A stretch of 63,082 nucleotides of DNA, filler included. It is 10 parts of 10 records of this genome, joined end to end, with 100 filler letters (N's around TTAATTAATTAA, not from the genome) between each part and the next. Parts side by side here need not be neighbours in the genome. Positions count along the whole stretch, not along the records: positions 8,130 to 11,793 come from SRR7504441_1801; positions 11,894 to 22,108 come from SRR7504441_1802; positions 22,209 to 29,041 come from SRR7504441_1807; 7 more parts are not named here. One strand, 5' to 3'. The position numbers and the translations under genes were made by a program. The notes beneath the pieces were generated by a model. The model was not told the origin of the DNA and did no database searches. It saw only the letters and a list, made by a program, of their open reading frames with translations. The first letter of the stretch is position 1. Each line of letters starts with the position of its first letter. This document shows positions 10,368-22,417 of this stretch, in pieces.

Positions 10368-11675
10368 TTAGATCGGGATGCAGTAGCATTGTTGTTGCTC
10401 TTGGACGACCACGTGCACCCCGGTCGGCCTGCTCAGCTGGCCCGGCTCGGCACCCCAGCTGCCCAGGGTGCGCTTGTGCCGGCCTTGGCTGTCCAGCACC
10501 TGCAGTCGGTTGTTCCACTCGTCTGCCACCACCAACTCGCCCAGCTGAGGCTCGACCGACACCCCGACAGGCCCGTGGAACTGCCCCAGCCCGCTCCCCT
10601 TGCTCCCGATGGTGCGCAGGTGCTCGCCGTCGCTCAGCCGCCACACCTGCAGCCGCTGGTTGCTCTTGTCTACCACCAGCAGGTTGCCCTTCCCGTCCAA
10701 AGCCACCCCCGCTGGCCTGTGCAGCTGGCCTGGGCCACTCCCACGCCGCCCGATCGTCATCAGCTGGCTACCGTCTTGCACCCGAATCAGCTGCACCCGG
10801 TTGTTCCCCGAGTCGGCCACCACCAGCCGCCCAGTCCCTGAATCCAGCTCCAGCCTGTCAGGGCACGCAAACTGGCCCGGCAGCCTGCCCTCGCTCCCTA
10901 TGCTCCTCACAAACTGGCCGCCATCCAGCCGGAGGATTTGCACTCGGTGGTTCCCGGAGTCGGACACGGCCACCAGCCCCTGCCGGTCCACAGCCACGTC
11001 CGTTGGCCGGTCAAACTGGCCTGGGCCTGACCCGTGCGCGCCTATGCTCCTGACAGGCCTGCCATCCTCGAGCCTGAGCACTTGCACTCGGTGGTTGAGC
11101 GTGTCGGCCACCAACAGGTTCCCGGACCAGTCCACAGTCACCCCCTCCGGCCCCTCGAACTCGCCCAGCGCCGACCCGAGCCGGCCGATCACCCGGACGG
11201 GGCTCCCGTCGTCCGCCCTGAGCACTTGCACCCGATTGTTCCGGGTGTCGCTCACCACCAGCAACGGAATCCGCTCCACCACCGCCCGCACCGCTGCTCC
11301 GTCCACCACCCCCTGCCGCTCCCACGGCTGGTGGTCATCCAGCCGCAGCCCGCCCAGCCACACCCCAGTGACAAGGTGCCAGGTCGGGGGCAGCGCCAGG
11401 TCCAAAGAGCCCAGCACCGGCTCCCACGGCTGGACCCACACCCGGGTGTCCGGCAGCCCGGCCCGCTCCACGGTCAGCCCGAGCGGGGGGCTGGCCGCCC
11501 GGCGAGCCGCTTCTTCGGACCGGCTGGCCTGCTCCTGCTCGGCCAGCTCGGCCCGCCGGCGCCTGTCCTGGTCTCGCTGGCGGGAGATACGGTCGATGTC
11601 GGCCTGGAGCATATCCTCCAGCGGCGCCCCCTTGGCTCCGGTCAGCTCGCCACAGCCCTGCAGGCAGGCCCCCAT
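10368..11675 (-). CDS. NHL-repeat beta-propeller protein with a probable ubiquitin-like segment
   Basis: Six repeats of G..G...GQF..P.GV.VD..G.L.V.D..N.R.QV. Likely start MGACLQGCG at 11675. Confidence 0.85.
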   Translation of the reverse strand: MGACLQGCGELTGAKGAPLEDMLQADIDRISRQRDQDRRRRAELAEQEQASRSEEAARRAASPPLGLTVERAGLPDTRVWVQPWEPVLGSLDLALPPTWHLVTGVWLGGLRLDDHQPWERQGVVDGAAVRAVVERIPLLVVSDTRNNRVQVLRADDGSPVRVIGRLGSALGEFEGPEGVTVDWSGNLLVADTLNHRVQVLRLEDGRPVRSIGAHGSGPGQFDRPTDVAVDRQGLVAVSDSGNHRVQILRLDGGQFVRSIGSEGRLPGQFACPDRLELDSGTGRLVVADSGNNRVQLIRVQDGSQLMTIGRRGSGPGQLHRPAGVALDGKGNLLVVDKSNQRLQVWRLSDGEHLRTIGSKGSGLGQFHGPVGVSVEPQLGELVVADEWNNRLQVLDSQGRHKRTLGSWGAEPGQLSRPTGVHVVVQEQQQCYCIPI

Positions 11676-11793
11676 TGAGCGTTGCAGGGGCGAGCGGCTC
11701 GATCGATGGACGAAGCGAAGCCGTTCAGGACTGTCTGCGGCTGCAGCAACTGCGTGTGTGGACGGCCTACTACACACGAATCACGGAACGACG

Positions 11794-11893
11794 NNNNNNN
11801 NNNNNNNNNNNNNNNNNNNNNNNNNNNNNNNNNNNNNTTAATTAATTAANNNNNNNNNNNNNNNNNNNNNNNNNNNNNNNNNNNNNNNNNNNN
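11794..11893. other. Artificial contig linker
   Basis: N-run + TTAATTAATTAA + N-run. Confidence 0.98.
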
Positions 11894-12925
11894 GGTGCCT
11901 TGTCCGTCCGCACCTGTGGGCATGCGGAGCAGCCACGAGGCGCCGCCGCCGCTGCTACCACCGCTGCTGCCCACCTCACGCAGAGCGGCGGCCTTCTCGG
12001 TGGCGTTGGACAGGTCGAACGACCGTGGCGCCAGTCGCGCAGCGCCCGCGTGAGTCAGCGCCCGGTGCAGGAGCCTCTTGTCGTCGAGGTGCCGCCCCAG
12101 CGCTCCGCAGCTCGACGCGACGCGGAACCAGCTCGACGCAAGCGCAATCGCGTTGCCATCGTTGTCCGCAATTTCGCCTGCCGCCGAAAACATCTCCAGT
12201 TTGGCGGCCGCAGCCGCGCGGGTCTCGGCGGTGGCTCCAGGTGCCGCCAGGTCGAGCTTCACAACTGCAGGCCACACAATCTCAAGGGGGAGTGACCTGA
12301 GCTCGCCTAGCACCCGGTCGCCCTCCGGGGTGCCGTGCGCGGCTGTGGGGTACCGGCGCAGCAATGCCACAGCGAGATCGCTTGCGATGCTTGCATGCGT
12401 TTCAGTGATTGTCTGCCTCGGCTGCCCGGACATTTCGAGGGCGAGGGCGCGCCGCAGGCAGACAATCGCCTCCTCGTGACGGTACAGCTCGGTCATGAGG
12501 ATGCTTCCCCACCGAGCGAAGGTGTCCACTTGTTCAGGGTCGAGCTGGGCAGATCGCTCGAATGCGGCCACAGCTTGGGCTGGCCGTCGAGCCTGGGCGA
12601 GGGTGGTGCCGAGGTTTCTGAGCGCGTGGGCCAGGTTCACCTCGATCTCTGGGAAGTGCGGCATCAGTGCACGCACGCCCTCGAAGGCCGTCACGGCCCC
12701 CGCGTGCCGCTTGAAACGGTTGGTGAGCAGGGCGCCGCGGTAGTAGAGCGCAAAGACGTCCGTCGGGGCGGTGGCTATTTGCCGCTTGGCGATTGTGAGG
12801 GCTCCGACGTAGTCGCCCTGCTGCTCGCTTTCTCTCGCGGCGGTGTACCAGGGAGGCGGCGGTTCTCGGCCCACGTCCCAGGCTGTCGCGAGGACGAAGG
12901 ACAACAGGAAGGGGAGCACTGTCAT
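11894..12925 (-). CDS. Signal-peptide TPR protein, 3'-truncated; possible start of a TTL/ATP-grasp-like domain
   Basis: Hydrophobic N-terminus and TPR-like helices (AVAAFERSAQLDPE, EAIVCLRRALAL). The C-terminal DDKRLLHRAL..APRSFDL..WLLRMP...GQG weakly resembles tubulin-tyrosine-ligase-like ATP-grasp. Confidence 0.65.
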
Positions 12926-14289
12926 TGTGCCAACCGAACGCCTGCTTCGAAGTCCAGCTCACCGAGAGGGAGCGATTCTGTCGCAATTGCCAGCTCCTGA
13001 ATGTGCTCGATCTGCTCGCGGGAAGCGAGGGCGCCGACCTGGCCCGCCCCCCGCTTCCAGCGAGCCCGGCGATCGAGCTGGCGAGCTGCAGCTCGCTCCA
13101 GCTTCGGCTGCTCAACAAGAGCCGGGAGGCGGCTCGATCAGCGCTCCAGTCACTTGGGCTGGACCTTGCCCTCGAGGGCGGCCAGCTCGTGCTCAAGCAA
13201 ATTGCCACAGACGCACTTAGCCCAGCTGCAGCGGTGGCGCACACTGAGGCTGCGCTCGAGCTGCAGCCCGCGGCAGCAGCTGAGCTGTTGGAGGGGTGCG
13301 CTCAGGCGGCGCTGCGGTGCTGCTGCGAGGTGGCAGCTGAGAGTGGGGCGATCAAGGGGCACGAACTGTGCCGGCTCGGTGGATTCGCGATGGCCCCAGT
13401 GATCGAGTTTGACGCTGCTATATACGGCGGGTCGGTGGCCGAGATCCTCGGGGAGACCGGATTGGCCGCGATGACTGGCTTCCAGACAATGGCGAGCGAG
13501 GGGACGATCACAATGCCGAACTTCCGACAGTGGACGGAACAGAGCGAATTCGTGGCGCACAAGCAGCGGCATTGTGAGCCGGGTCTGCCAAAGCCGATGG
13601 GCAGGCTATGGCGCCACATGATGCATATGTGCACACTGGCACCTTGCCACGAGGTGATCCATCTGCTGCAGGGCCTCACTGGCCAAGCGATGAACGGGCA
13701 GCTCGCTGAGCACGACGGGTACTATTCTACCATGATCCTGGGAGCCGCTTCCATGACACGAGACCCTTCAGTGGGCTACGCGGGGATGGTTGAGTACAAG
13801 CTGCTAGGGGATGTCGCCAGAATCAAAAGTATGCTAGCTGCTCGGCCGCCAGGCTGGGACACTGAGACATACACTGCATGGCGTGACTCATTCGGGGCGG
13901 CCAAAGGCTTGTGGAACGATCGGAACTTCGATGGCCCAGACGGTCTGGGGACCGAATTCTTATGCGGCTCCACACTGTCGTTTGAGGCGGCGTGTTGCGA
14001 CGGAGAGTGCGTGGATGAGGCCGATCCTGGCAAGATTGACCAGACAGTGCAGGACATGCTGCGAACGATGTTTGAAAATAGGACTTCGTGTGACCCAGGT
14101 GCAGAGTTTGACGAGCAACAGAAGCGGCTTTTGTTTGATTGCAACGGCAAGGCGGTGAACATTCTGCCGATGGTGGACTTATCAAAGATGAGTCTCGAGG
14201 ATCGCTTAGTGAAAGCAAGCGTACCTGCTAGCTCTGAAGAGCTCGCAGCCTTTGTAGAGATGTGGGATTGTACGAGTAACATCACGTAA
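12925..14289 (+). CDS. Hypothetical protein with HExxH motif (start uncertain)
   Basis: 454-codon open frame containing HEVIH followed by EHD. The first in-frame ATG is only at about 13390. Confidence 0.55.
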   Translation: MCQPNACFEVQLTERERFCRNCQLLNVLDLLAGSEGADLARPPLPASPAIELASCSSLQLRLLNKSREAARSALQSLGLDLALEGGQLVLKQIATDALSPAAAVAHTEAALELQPAAAAELLEGCAQAALRCCCEVAAESGAIKGHELCRLGGFAMAPVIEFDAAIYGGSVAEILGETGLAAMTGFQTMASEGTITMPNFRQWTEQSEFVAHKQRHCEPGLPKPMGRLWRHMMHMCTLAPCHEVIHLLQGLTGQAMNGQLAEHDGYYSTMILGAASMTRDPSVGYAGMVEYKLLGDVARIKSMLAARPPGWDTETYTAWRDSFGAAKGLWNDRNFDGPDGLGTEFLCGSTLSFEAACCDGECVDEADPGKIDQTVQDMLRTMFENRTSCDPGAEFDEQQKRLLFDCNGKAVNILPMVDLSKMSLEDRLVKASVPASSEELAAFVEMWDCTSNIT

Positions 14290-14538
14290 CCTTAAATCTA
14301 TAATAATTATTACAATCATGATTGTACGCACGCTAGGATATTAAGGTTATGTAGTTCGTCCCGACTTTCCAATAAACGGCTTATCATTACAATCATGTGT
14401 ACATGTATCAGCAACTCACAAGTAGAAGAGCTATTGGCGCTAGTAATGTATTAGTAATGCGTTCCGGACGCCGGTTCCGGTGCCACAAATCGATTTACAG
14501 ACGCTCTTTTAGCACTATTTTGTTACAAAGGTCCGCGT

Positions 14539-17500
14539 CTAAAACTCGAGCTCTTTGTCCTCCATTGGCTGACTCGTGTCCTTTTCTCCGTGCTCTTCTC
14601 TATGCGCTTCCGGTTCACCCCCACTGTCGATCGGCTGCTCGAGCTCTTGCTCCTCTGCGACAAGTTGTGCGACCTCAGCTTGCAGCTTCGCCATCTGTGA
14701 GCGCTTCCCGCCCACCCCCTTTGCCGACTTGGCGTTTTTGTGCTTTTGCCGCCATGGTGGCAACCCTGGCAAACACGAGTTTGGTTAGTCTCCGCGCAGG
14801 TGCCATTGCATCAGGAATACCTTTTTTCCTATAGATGGCAGCAATGTCGATCGTTGAAGCGGAGTCTAGAGCTCGGACACCAGGATGCAGATAGGATGGA
14901 GCAGATGCTGCCAGCTTGGCTTTGGCTGCCTTCTCGGAGAACTCATGAGGCTCAGCAGATCCAACGTTGAAGCTCCCAAGCTGCGCTGTAGTACCCAACG
15001 CCCTCTGTATAATCTCCCTCCCTTCGGATCGCTCCATGAGGCTGAACATCATTGCGAGCTTGCCGGCCGCTTGGCTCGGGGTAGTGGCTTCTTCCACCCC
15101 CTCGACTTCCCAGTCGATTGCGCACCGCACCAGCACATCCACAAACTCTTCAAAGCTGAGATGATGCAAGTTATCATCCGCCGACACGCCCACTGTATTA
15201 GCTGCCCTGAACAGTCTCGCCAGCCGTTGCCTGGCACCCAGTCAGCCACGCCCACATGATGGAACTGCTCACCGTGACACAACTTCGTCTTTGAGATCGA
15301 ACTCGCAGGCACACTTCCACATCTCTTGAAAGTTGATCATGTTCAACTCATCCACCATTTCCTTATGACTTAGCGGCTTGTGCCCATCATCCTCCTGAGC
15401 CTGCACTCACACTCAACACAAGTACCACTGTGGCAGGGTGCTCACCCTGTTGTAATGGTTGAAAAGAGTCCGCAGTAGGGCTAGCCCGCGCTCAACGACA
15501 TCTTGCACTTCAGTGGAGTCAATCAGCTCCACATGTGATGGCAGTGGGGCCAGCCGTTGGGCATAGGGTAATATCCAGTCCTGCAGCAAGCTTTGGATCG
15601 CAACGGATGGGTCTTCTGCGTCCTGGAATTTGATCGCACCCACCATCCGGACTGCCTCAAATAGCTGGGAGAGTGTCATCCGCGCCTTGCGCTTTGCAAA
15701 GGTGGCTTGCTGGAAGATGAGGTCGATCCGCGCATGGTTGAGCCTGTTCTCGTCCACTAGATAGCAGTCACGCATCAACTTGAAGAACTGACTGTTGTTC
15801 ATCGTCTCCTGCAGATCCTGCTCGGCATAGTTACAGTAGAATTCGAATATCTCGGCCATGGCCTCGTGATTCTCAGACATTTCAAGCGCCTCCATGAAAG
15901 TCATGGATCGCTCCACCAGGCTTTGCTCCTCTCGCACGATCTCCTTGATCACCTCCGCCGCTTGAACCTCGGTGAACTGCTTTGCAAACGTCTCGGCTGC
16001 AAGCACCGCACCACACACTCCAGTGTCCATTTGAATGCTCATCAGAACTTTGTTCCGGCTCAATTTGAGCAGCAAGTATTCAATTTTCAGGAAAGCAGTC
16101 GGAAATTGGTCAGCAAATGGAGCGCTATTCATTCCAAACAGAGCGGCCAGCCCGAGCCACTGCACGAACCCATCATAGGTGAGCGATTCGACATGCTGGT
16201 GCTTATTCTCGCCGCTCCCCATCCGCTGCACCGCGTATGCTAGCTGCGACACCTGGAACTTGGATAGCAAGTCAGGCACCAGGTCGAAATCGTCACACAG
16301 CCGGTTCAGCTCGACGACAGATAGCTTCTTGTGCTCTAATGCAATCTCTGGCCACTCTAAGTTGGGCTGATCTAAGTAGCCCACACCAAGCTTGCTATAG
16401 TAATCAAAAATAAACTGCACAAGGACACTCTATCAGTCGGCTAGCGTGGGGTACGGATCACCACAAGGAATTCGCTGCAACGCTCAAATAGCCCCGCGAT
16501 CTCCATGTCGCCATTCAGCAGCTTAACAAACAAGTCCGACTGCTTCATGTGCTCGGGGTGCTCTTGCACCAAGCTCATGATATTGCGCTCGATTATGAGA
16601 TCCAGAGCCTGGTAAGCATCCATCTCAGGCTCCTTCTTGGAGACCACCATGCATAGCGCCAGCAGAAAGTGCTGGAAACTCAGCTTGGACTGACTGTTGG
16701 CCAGTCTCCCAGCAGCTTGTACGAACACCACGTCTATGATCGCCTTGCTCAGCGGCGGGTTGCTCAGCCCGGCATCACGCATGCACTGCTGGAAACGCAC
16801 CCTGGCCATTGCTGCGCCTACCCGCATGTCTCCGCAGTGCCAGTGCATGCAGTAGCGCTTGAATACCGCCTCCAGGTCATCCAGCCTAGGATGAGCAAGC
16901 AAATGAGCCACTAGTGGGTCAGCCTGCTCTGGGCTTGGCGCTGCAACCGGCAACGATCTCGTTGGATTGAAGCCAGGGTTGGAGATCGATCGCCGGCGCC
17001 ACGGGGGTGAGCCAGACCGCGGGACCAGGCTGGATTGTGAGAGCTGCCGTGATTGCTGTACAGAGAGGCAGCGGGCGCCTGGAGACAGCTCAGCACACAG
17101 CAGCCCAGCTGGCGCACCTGCGGAGGCATACCGGCGCGTGGTGACTGGCTGATGCAGCACAATCTCACGCTGGGGCTCAGGAACCTTGAAGGACATGTAC
17201 CTGTTGGCAGCTCAGACCTGCCAGGGCGCAGGCACACCTCCAGAGGCAAGACTGGCAGCGCACATGGTCGGCGCCTTCGGAGCCCTCTATCACCTCCAGC
17301 ATCTTGGTTAGCTCATGTGCGGCCGCCTCGGGAGTCAGCTCGCGCTCTGGGCCTCTGATTGCACTCGCGATGCCGCTTGTTTCAAGAACCAGCCCGAGTT
17401 CCCGCCGAGTGCCCTCGCCTGTATTATGCGAGTTGATTGCCAAGTGCACCAGCACATCCTTGAACTCGGCAAAGCACATCAGATGGGCGTTCCCGTCGCC

Positions 17501-19580
17501 CTTCTCATTCACCATGTGGAAGATCCTCGCAAAGTCCTGCCGAGTGCCCACATGAGCCATCAAGTTGAACCGAACCCCAAAGTTCCACAGCTCCTGCAGT
17601 GTCATCACCCGTTCTATCAACCCACTGGGTCCGCTGTCCTTCAGACTGCCGTATGTTTCGAAGATAGCTTGGAGCTGCGGCTCGACTGCTTCGAGCACTT
17701 CTTGCACCTCATCCGAGTCTATCAAGTCAAAATGGTCGTCAAAAGGAACCGGCTGCATCCCATACTGGAATATCTTCTCCTCTGTCAGCCTGACCATGGC
17801 CGCCACCGTGTCCTCCCCAGGGCAGAGCAGCTCTGTCACCATCGAGAGTGCATGGACGAAGTTTTTGAACTGCATCCGCGTGGCACGGCTCTTCCCCACA
17901 GCCTCAGACCCAAGAGCCGCAATAAAGATCAAATCGGCCCGAGCCTTGGTGAGTCCGAGGTGCTCGTCCATCATGTGGCAGTCCTTCACCAGCTTGAAGA
18001 ATTGGGCGCTCGTCATCGTGTCCCTCACCTCTTGCTCCCCGTAAGAGCAGTAAAGCTCAAACACTTGTCCGAGCTGATCTGAATGGCTGCTCATATCGAG
18101 CTGGAGGCAGAACCGGTTGATAACCCCAGCCTGCTGGCTCCGGACAATGTCCTTGAGCCCGGATGCTGCGTCGAGTATCTACCCATCCCTGAGAGCAGGC
18201 CTGGCTCCAAGTTACCTGCAGGGCCCGCTCCCTGCCTTTTAATGAAAAATGATGCCTGTGGGCGACCGCTCTAACAATCTGCCGCCCGGGCGTGAGCCAG
18301 CCACCAGCCAGTCCCGAGCTACCTCGATCATCATAGGGCACTCATCGATAATACCTGGGCCAAAGCCTCAGCTCGACTAGCCACCACAAGCCCTATACCG
18401 ATCATGGCAGCGACCCGCGACTCGGCGGTTGGGAAACGCTCCTTCTGATTCGGCCGCCCCAGGCCCTCGATCGCAACAACCCCCATAAAAGACACAAAGT
18501 CTTCCAGGCTGCCACCCTATGAGCGCCTGATCGGCCCAAGGGCTGACCTCAGCTCCGCGCGGCCAAGGCTGGAGACGCTGCCTCTTGCCTGAGCAAACAC
18601 GTGCATGTCCTTGACCAGCTTGACCTGACTGGTGATTTTGGGCACGATCGTGAGCTGTTCAGCCATCTTGATCATCTCCTTGGTGTTGAGTGTCGTCTGT
18701 TGCGAAATGCGCTCCTCCCACTCGATGCTCTTGTGGTGAAGCACCCCAACGTCCACGCAGTCCATCCTGGTGTAGTACTGGAACACATAAGAGAGCTCCT
18801 CGCTGTAGTCGTCCAGCACCTGCCACTGATGAGATCTCTCTAGGCCGAGCTCCCCACCGCAATCGCTGCTGGATCGAGCTCAGCTAGACCAGAAGACTGG
18901 TCGGGCTCGGGAGCCAACGGCAGGAAGTGCCTGTCCAGGCACAGCTGCACCGCCTGCTCCGGCTGGCTGGTCGGGAATTTCTTCACTGCGAGCATTGCGA
19001 GTGCCACCAGAAACTGCGGGTACAGCAGCTGATTTGGTACGTTCCCCGCATACCCCGTGTGCTTCCCGAAAGGGGTGCCCGTGTGCTCTGTCACGGGCGG
19101 CTCCGGCACCGGCACTTTGGCCGCCTGCCGCATCACGACGTCCACCACCCCCGTAGTCACCCTCCGGTCCGCCACCCCGGTGTCGCGGGCCAGCCTGGCC
19201 AGCTGCCGTCCGCTCATGTAGTCCCTCGGAGCTGTCTCCCCGCAGGCGCAGTATTTGACGTAGAGCGCCGTGAGCGGCCCAGCGTGCTGCTCTAGCTCCA
19301 GGATCTGCACCAGCGGGTCTGCCGGCAGCTGGGAGATGCCCCTGGGGGACTGCTGCGGCGTCTTCCGAAACTTGGCTGGGATCGGGCTGGGCAGCGATAC
19401 GTTGGACGGGACCGACCGGGTCCGCCGCCGCCGCACCGGGCTCTGGGCCGGTGAGGGGCTCATCATGGACTTGATACTCGGCTTGGGCGGGCGCTGGTTG
19501 GCGAGTACCGTGGTGGGCGCAGTGGCCAGATTCTCGTTGGCAGAGGCCCGGAGGGTGGAATGCCATTGCCGAGCCGCCAT
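14539..19580 (-). CDS. Large multi-exon protein with four p25alpha/TPPP-like domains alternating with EF-hand-like helical modules
   Basis: Four units like L..VF..YC..G....TM...QF.KL.KDC......T.A..DLIF. Ten GT-AG introns of 37-55 nt join ORFs 18840..19580, 18517..18819, 17177..18094, 16441..17196, 15413..16420, 14675..15193 and 14539..14772 into one frame. Confidence 0.7.
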
Positions 19581-19719
19581 CCTCGCGTGGACTCGGTGTG
19601 CCGGTGCTGCGGTCTCACATCCGTCAGGCCGCGCTGCTGTGCGCCCGGTCGCCGGTCTGGCCGCTGCTCAAATCAGAATTTCCACAACGGCATCGCCCCG
19701 GCAGTGCGAGTCTGCGCGC

Positions 19720-20730
19720 ATGAGCCAGGAGATGGTGAAGCTCGTCGTCTTTGTTGCCGTGTTCGTCGCTCTGGCGTCCGCAGCCTCGGTCGACGTCGTG
19801 GGGACCCGATACGCCGCTTTTGCCGGCCCGGCCATCGATGTGGATGCTTCGGAGCTGGCGAACGTCGGGAAGACGGCCCCGCTGGGACGCTTGGCCCGAG
19901 GGGAGATCCCTGCGATTATTCTCCGAGGCATGTTGCCGGTCAAGGATTGCCAGGAGGTCTTGCAGCAGTGCTATGAGGCCAACCAGTTCCCGGAGTCCTT
20001 CCTACCCTTCATTCCTTCAGTTCACGCTGCAACGGCGCCTGCAGGGGAAGCCGGGCTTGGCGGACACGGCGCGCCTCGAATTCCTGAAGCAGGCGAAGCA
20101 GGCGAAGCGGCGGCCCAGCATGCGGTATACGGCGTGGCTGAAATCCAAGAAGCAGGCGATATTGTGTTTGCGTCGATGGAGAATGCGTCCGTGGCAGTGG
20201 AAGCGCAGCCGCAGGCCACGCGCTCGGACATTGGCTACTCCCTCGCCGGCGGGGGGAACGAGCCGGAGACCTACTTCCCGACCTGCGTGAAGGTCAACGA
20301 GTTCTACGCCAAGCTACTCGCCCCGTTGCCCCCGCACCGGAATCCGATGCACCTGATGTATGAGGCGCTGGAGGTGTTGGGCAACCGGACACGGCAGGCA
20401 GTCACGGCGAACGAGCCGCGGGGGAAGTATGGCCCGGCAGTCATTCGGACCCACAAGCCAGGCTTCTGGGACCCCCACGCGCGCAAGTACACGGCCGGCC
20501 ACCCGTACGTGCCCCACTACGACTCGGTGAAGTTGCGGGAGCGCCGCTCGGATTTCGAGGTCTTCAGATTCGACCACCAGCTCGCCGCCATCCTCGTGCT
20601 GCAGGCTCCGGAGCGCATCGCCCAACGCGGCGCCGGCAGCGGGGACGTGTACCACGACTCCATCCTGTACAACATGCCGGCGAAGGACCTGCCGGAATGG
20701 AACCTCACGCAGGCTGTACAGTCATGGTAG
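19720..20730 (+). CDS. Secreted hypothetical protein, possible 2OG-Fe(II) oxygenase-like, possibly truncated
   Basis: Signal peptide (VKLVVFVAVFVALASA) and an HxD motif in PYVPHYDS followed by QLAAILVLQAP. The ORF ends before any obvious distal His. Confidence 0.55.
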   Translation: MSQEMVKLVVFVAVFVALASAASVDVVGTRYAAFAGPAIDVDASELANVGKTAPLGRLARGEIPAIILRGMLPVKDCQEVLQQCYEANQFPESFLPFIPSVHAATAPAGEAGLGGHGAPRIPEAGEAGEAAAQHAVYGVAEIQEAGDIVFASMENASVAVEAQPQATRSDIGYSLAGGGNEPETYFPTCVKVNEFYAKLLAPLPPHRNPMHLMYEALEVLGNRTRQAVTANEPRGKYGPAVIRTHKPGFWDPHARKYTAGHPYVPHYDSVKLRERRSDFEVFRFDHQLAAILVLQAPERIAQRGAGSGDVYHDSILYNMPAKDLPEWNLTQAVQSW

Positions 20731-21046
20731 CGGTGCAAGATTGCAAGATTGAAGAAAAAGCCTCGAGTCCTCATGCTCGTTTAGCGCTCGGAGTTCATTT
20801 CTTGCAACACGATTCAGAGTTGAAAAACAGGGGGGTCTCCTCGAGGCCAGCACTTAGAGCCATTATGGACGAGTGAAAAACGAGTGAGCTAATCAAAAAC
20901 AAAGATAACAAAGACCGTCAATACGTCAATAACACTAGCCTCACACGGCCTAAAAGCAATTATCCCGGGTCTACCCGGTCGACGTGTGGACGTGAACTTG
21001 GCGAGTTGCACTGATGTAATATCGGGATATAAATGCTAGCTATATG

Positions 21047-22108
21047 CTAGCCGGCGGCGGCGCTACCGCTCGGATCCCGCGCCAGCTCATAGTGCGCCAG
21101 CTCCGGCACTGTGCCCGAGCCGGGCACCTCCACCCGCTGCACCACCCCTCGCTTCCTCGCCCTAGCAAACAGCTCGGCCGCGCCGGTCGGGTCCTGCCCA
21201 CCGCCCCGCCCGGCCTCGAGCATCGCGCCCAAGTTGAACATTGCCCCCGACTCCTCCTGGTCAACTGCCTGCTCATACCAGTATCGTGCCTGCTTCAGCC
21301 TCTGCGGCCCGCCGGTCCCGCGCTCCATCGCCAGCGCCAGATTGAACTGTGCCTGCGCCAACCCGGCCATCGCTGCTTCCTCCCAAAGCTTCATTGCCTC
21401 GACCGGGTCAGACTTGACAACCCGAACCGCCTTGTCGTTCTGGGAGGCCGGGTCACCTTGCTTGGCCGCCTGCCCGCAGCTGCCACCCCGCTGGGCGCCG
21501 GCCAGGCGCACCTCCTCCACGCATCGCTCCTGCGCCGCTCCGCGGTCCAGGCAGCGGCACCAGTGCGCCAACGCTGTCGCTGAGTGACCTCGCGCTGCCA
21601 AAGCCTCATCCAGCCACAGGCCAGGCTCAGCACCTCGCTCCAGCCACCCGCAGGCCTCGGTCTTGTTCGCCGGCTCGAGCATCTGGCCCAGCGCGTACTG
21701 AGCGTCCGAATTGCCCGCCTGGGCTGCTTGCTCGAACCAGCCCACCGCTTGCTCCGGCCTGCTTTGCCCTAGTAGGAGCGCCCCAAGGTCTACCATGGCG
21801 GGCTGATACCCCCGGCCCGCTGACAGCCTATCCGGCGGTCAGCCCGGGAGCGGGGGCGGGGCCGACCTGAACCAGCGCTGAGCCTTGGATGGGTCCTTGT
21901 CGACACCCCAACCGTGCTTATAGCACAGCCCTATATTGAACGCAGCTATCGGATGCCCGAGCGCAGAAGCTCGGCGGTACCACTCGATGGCCTTGTGCAG
22001 GCTCTGAGGGACGCCCTTGCCCAGATGGTAGCAGTAGCCTATCATGTAGACGGCCTTGGGCAGCTGCCGGCTTGCCGCCTGCCGATACAGTTCCAGCGCC
22101 TGCTGCAG
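21047..22108 (-). CDS. Sel1-repeat protein, 5'-truncated
   Basis: Repeated A..W...AA..G...A.FNLG..Y..G.GV..D. Three GT-AG introns of about 39-42 nt, near 21830-21868, 21595-21633 and 21470-21511. Confidence 0.85.
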
Positions 22109-22208
22109 NNNNNNNNNNNNNNNNNNNNNNNNNNNNNNNNNNNNNNNNNNNNTTAATTAATTAANNNNNNNNNNNNNNNNNNNNNNNNNNNNNNNNNNNN
22201 NNNNNNNN
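22109..22208. other. Artificial contig linker
   Basis: N-run + TTAATTAATTAA + N-run. Confidence 0.98.
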
Positions 22209-22390
22209 AGACCGGCGCAGTTGATCACACCCACGGCGCCCTGCCGGGCCAGGGCAGGTCCGAGCTGATCCAGCTGGGTGTGCGCCAGCCCGAACACTCG
22301 GAGCCGCTCACGCCGGAGCGCCTGCACCGCCGCCCGCCCGATGAACCCGTGGTGGCCCAGCACGATCCAGGCCTCCGGGGTGGCTGCCAT
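22209..22390 (-). CDS. NAD-dependent epimerase/reductase (extended SDR, RmlD-like), N-terminal fragment
   Basis: Rossmann motif IVLGHHGFIG and VINCAG. Truncated by the contig end. Confidence 0.65.
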
Positions 22391-22417
22391 CTCAACGGAA
22401 GTCGTCGGGTTGCTTTA

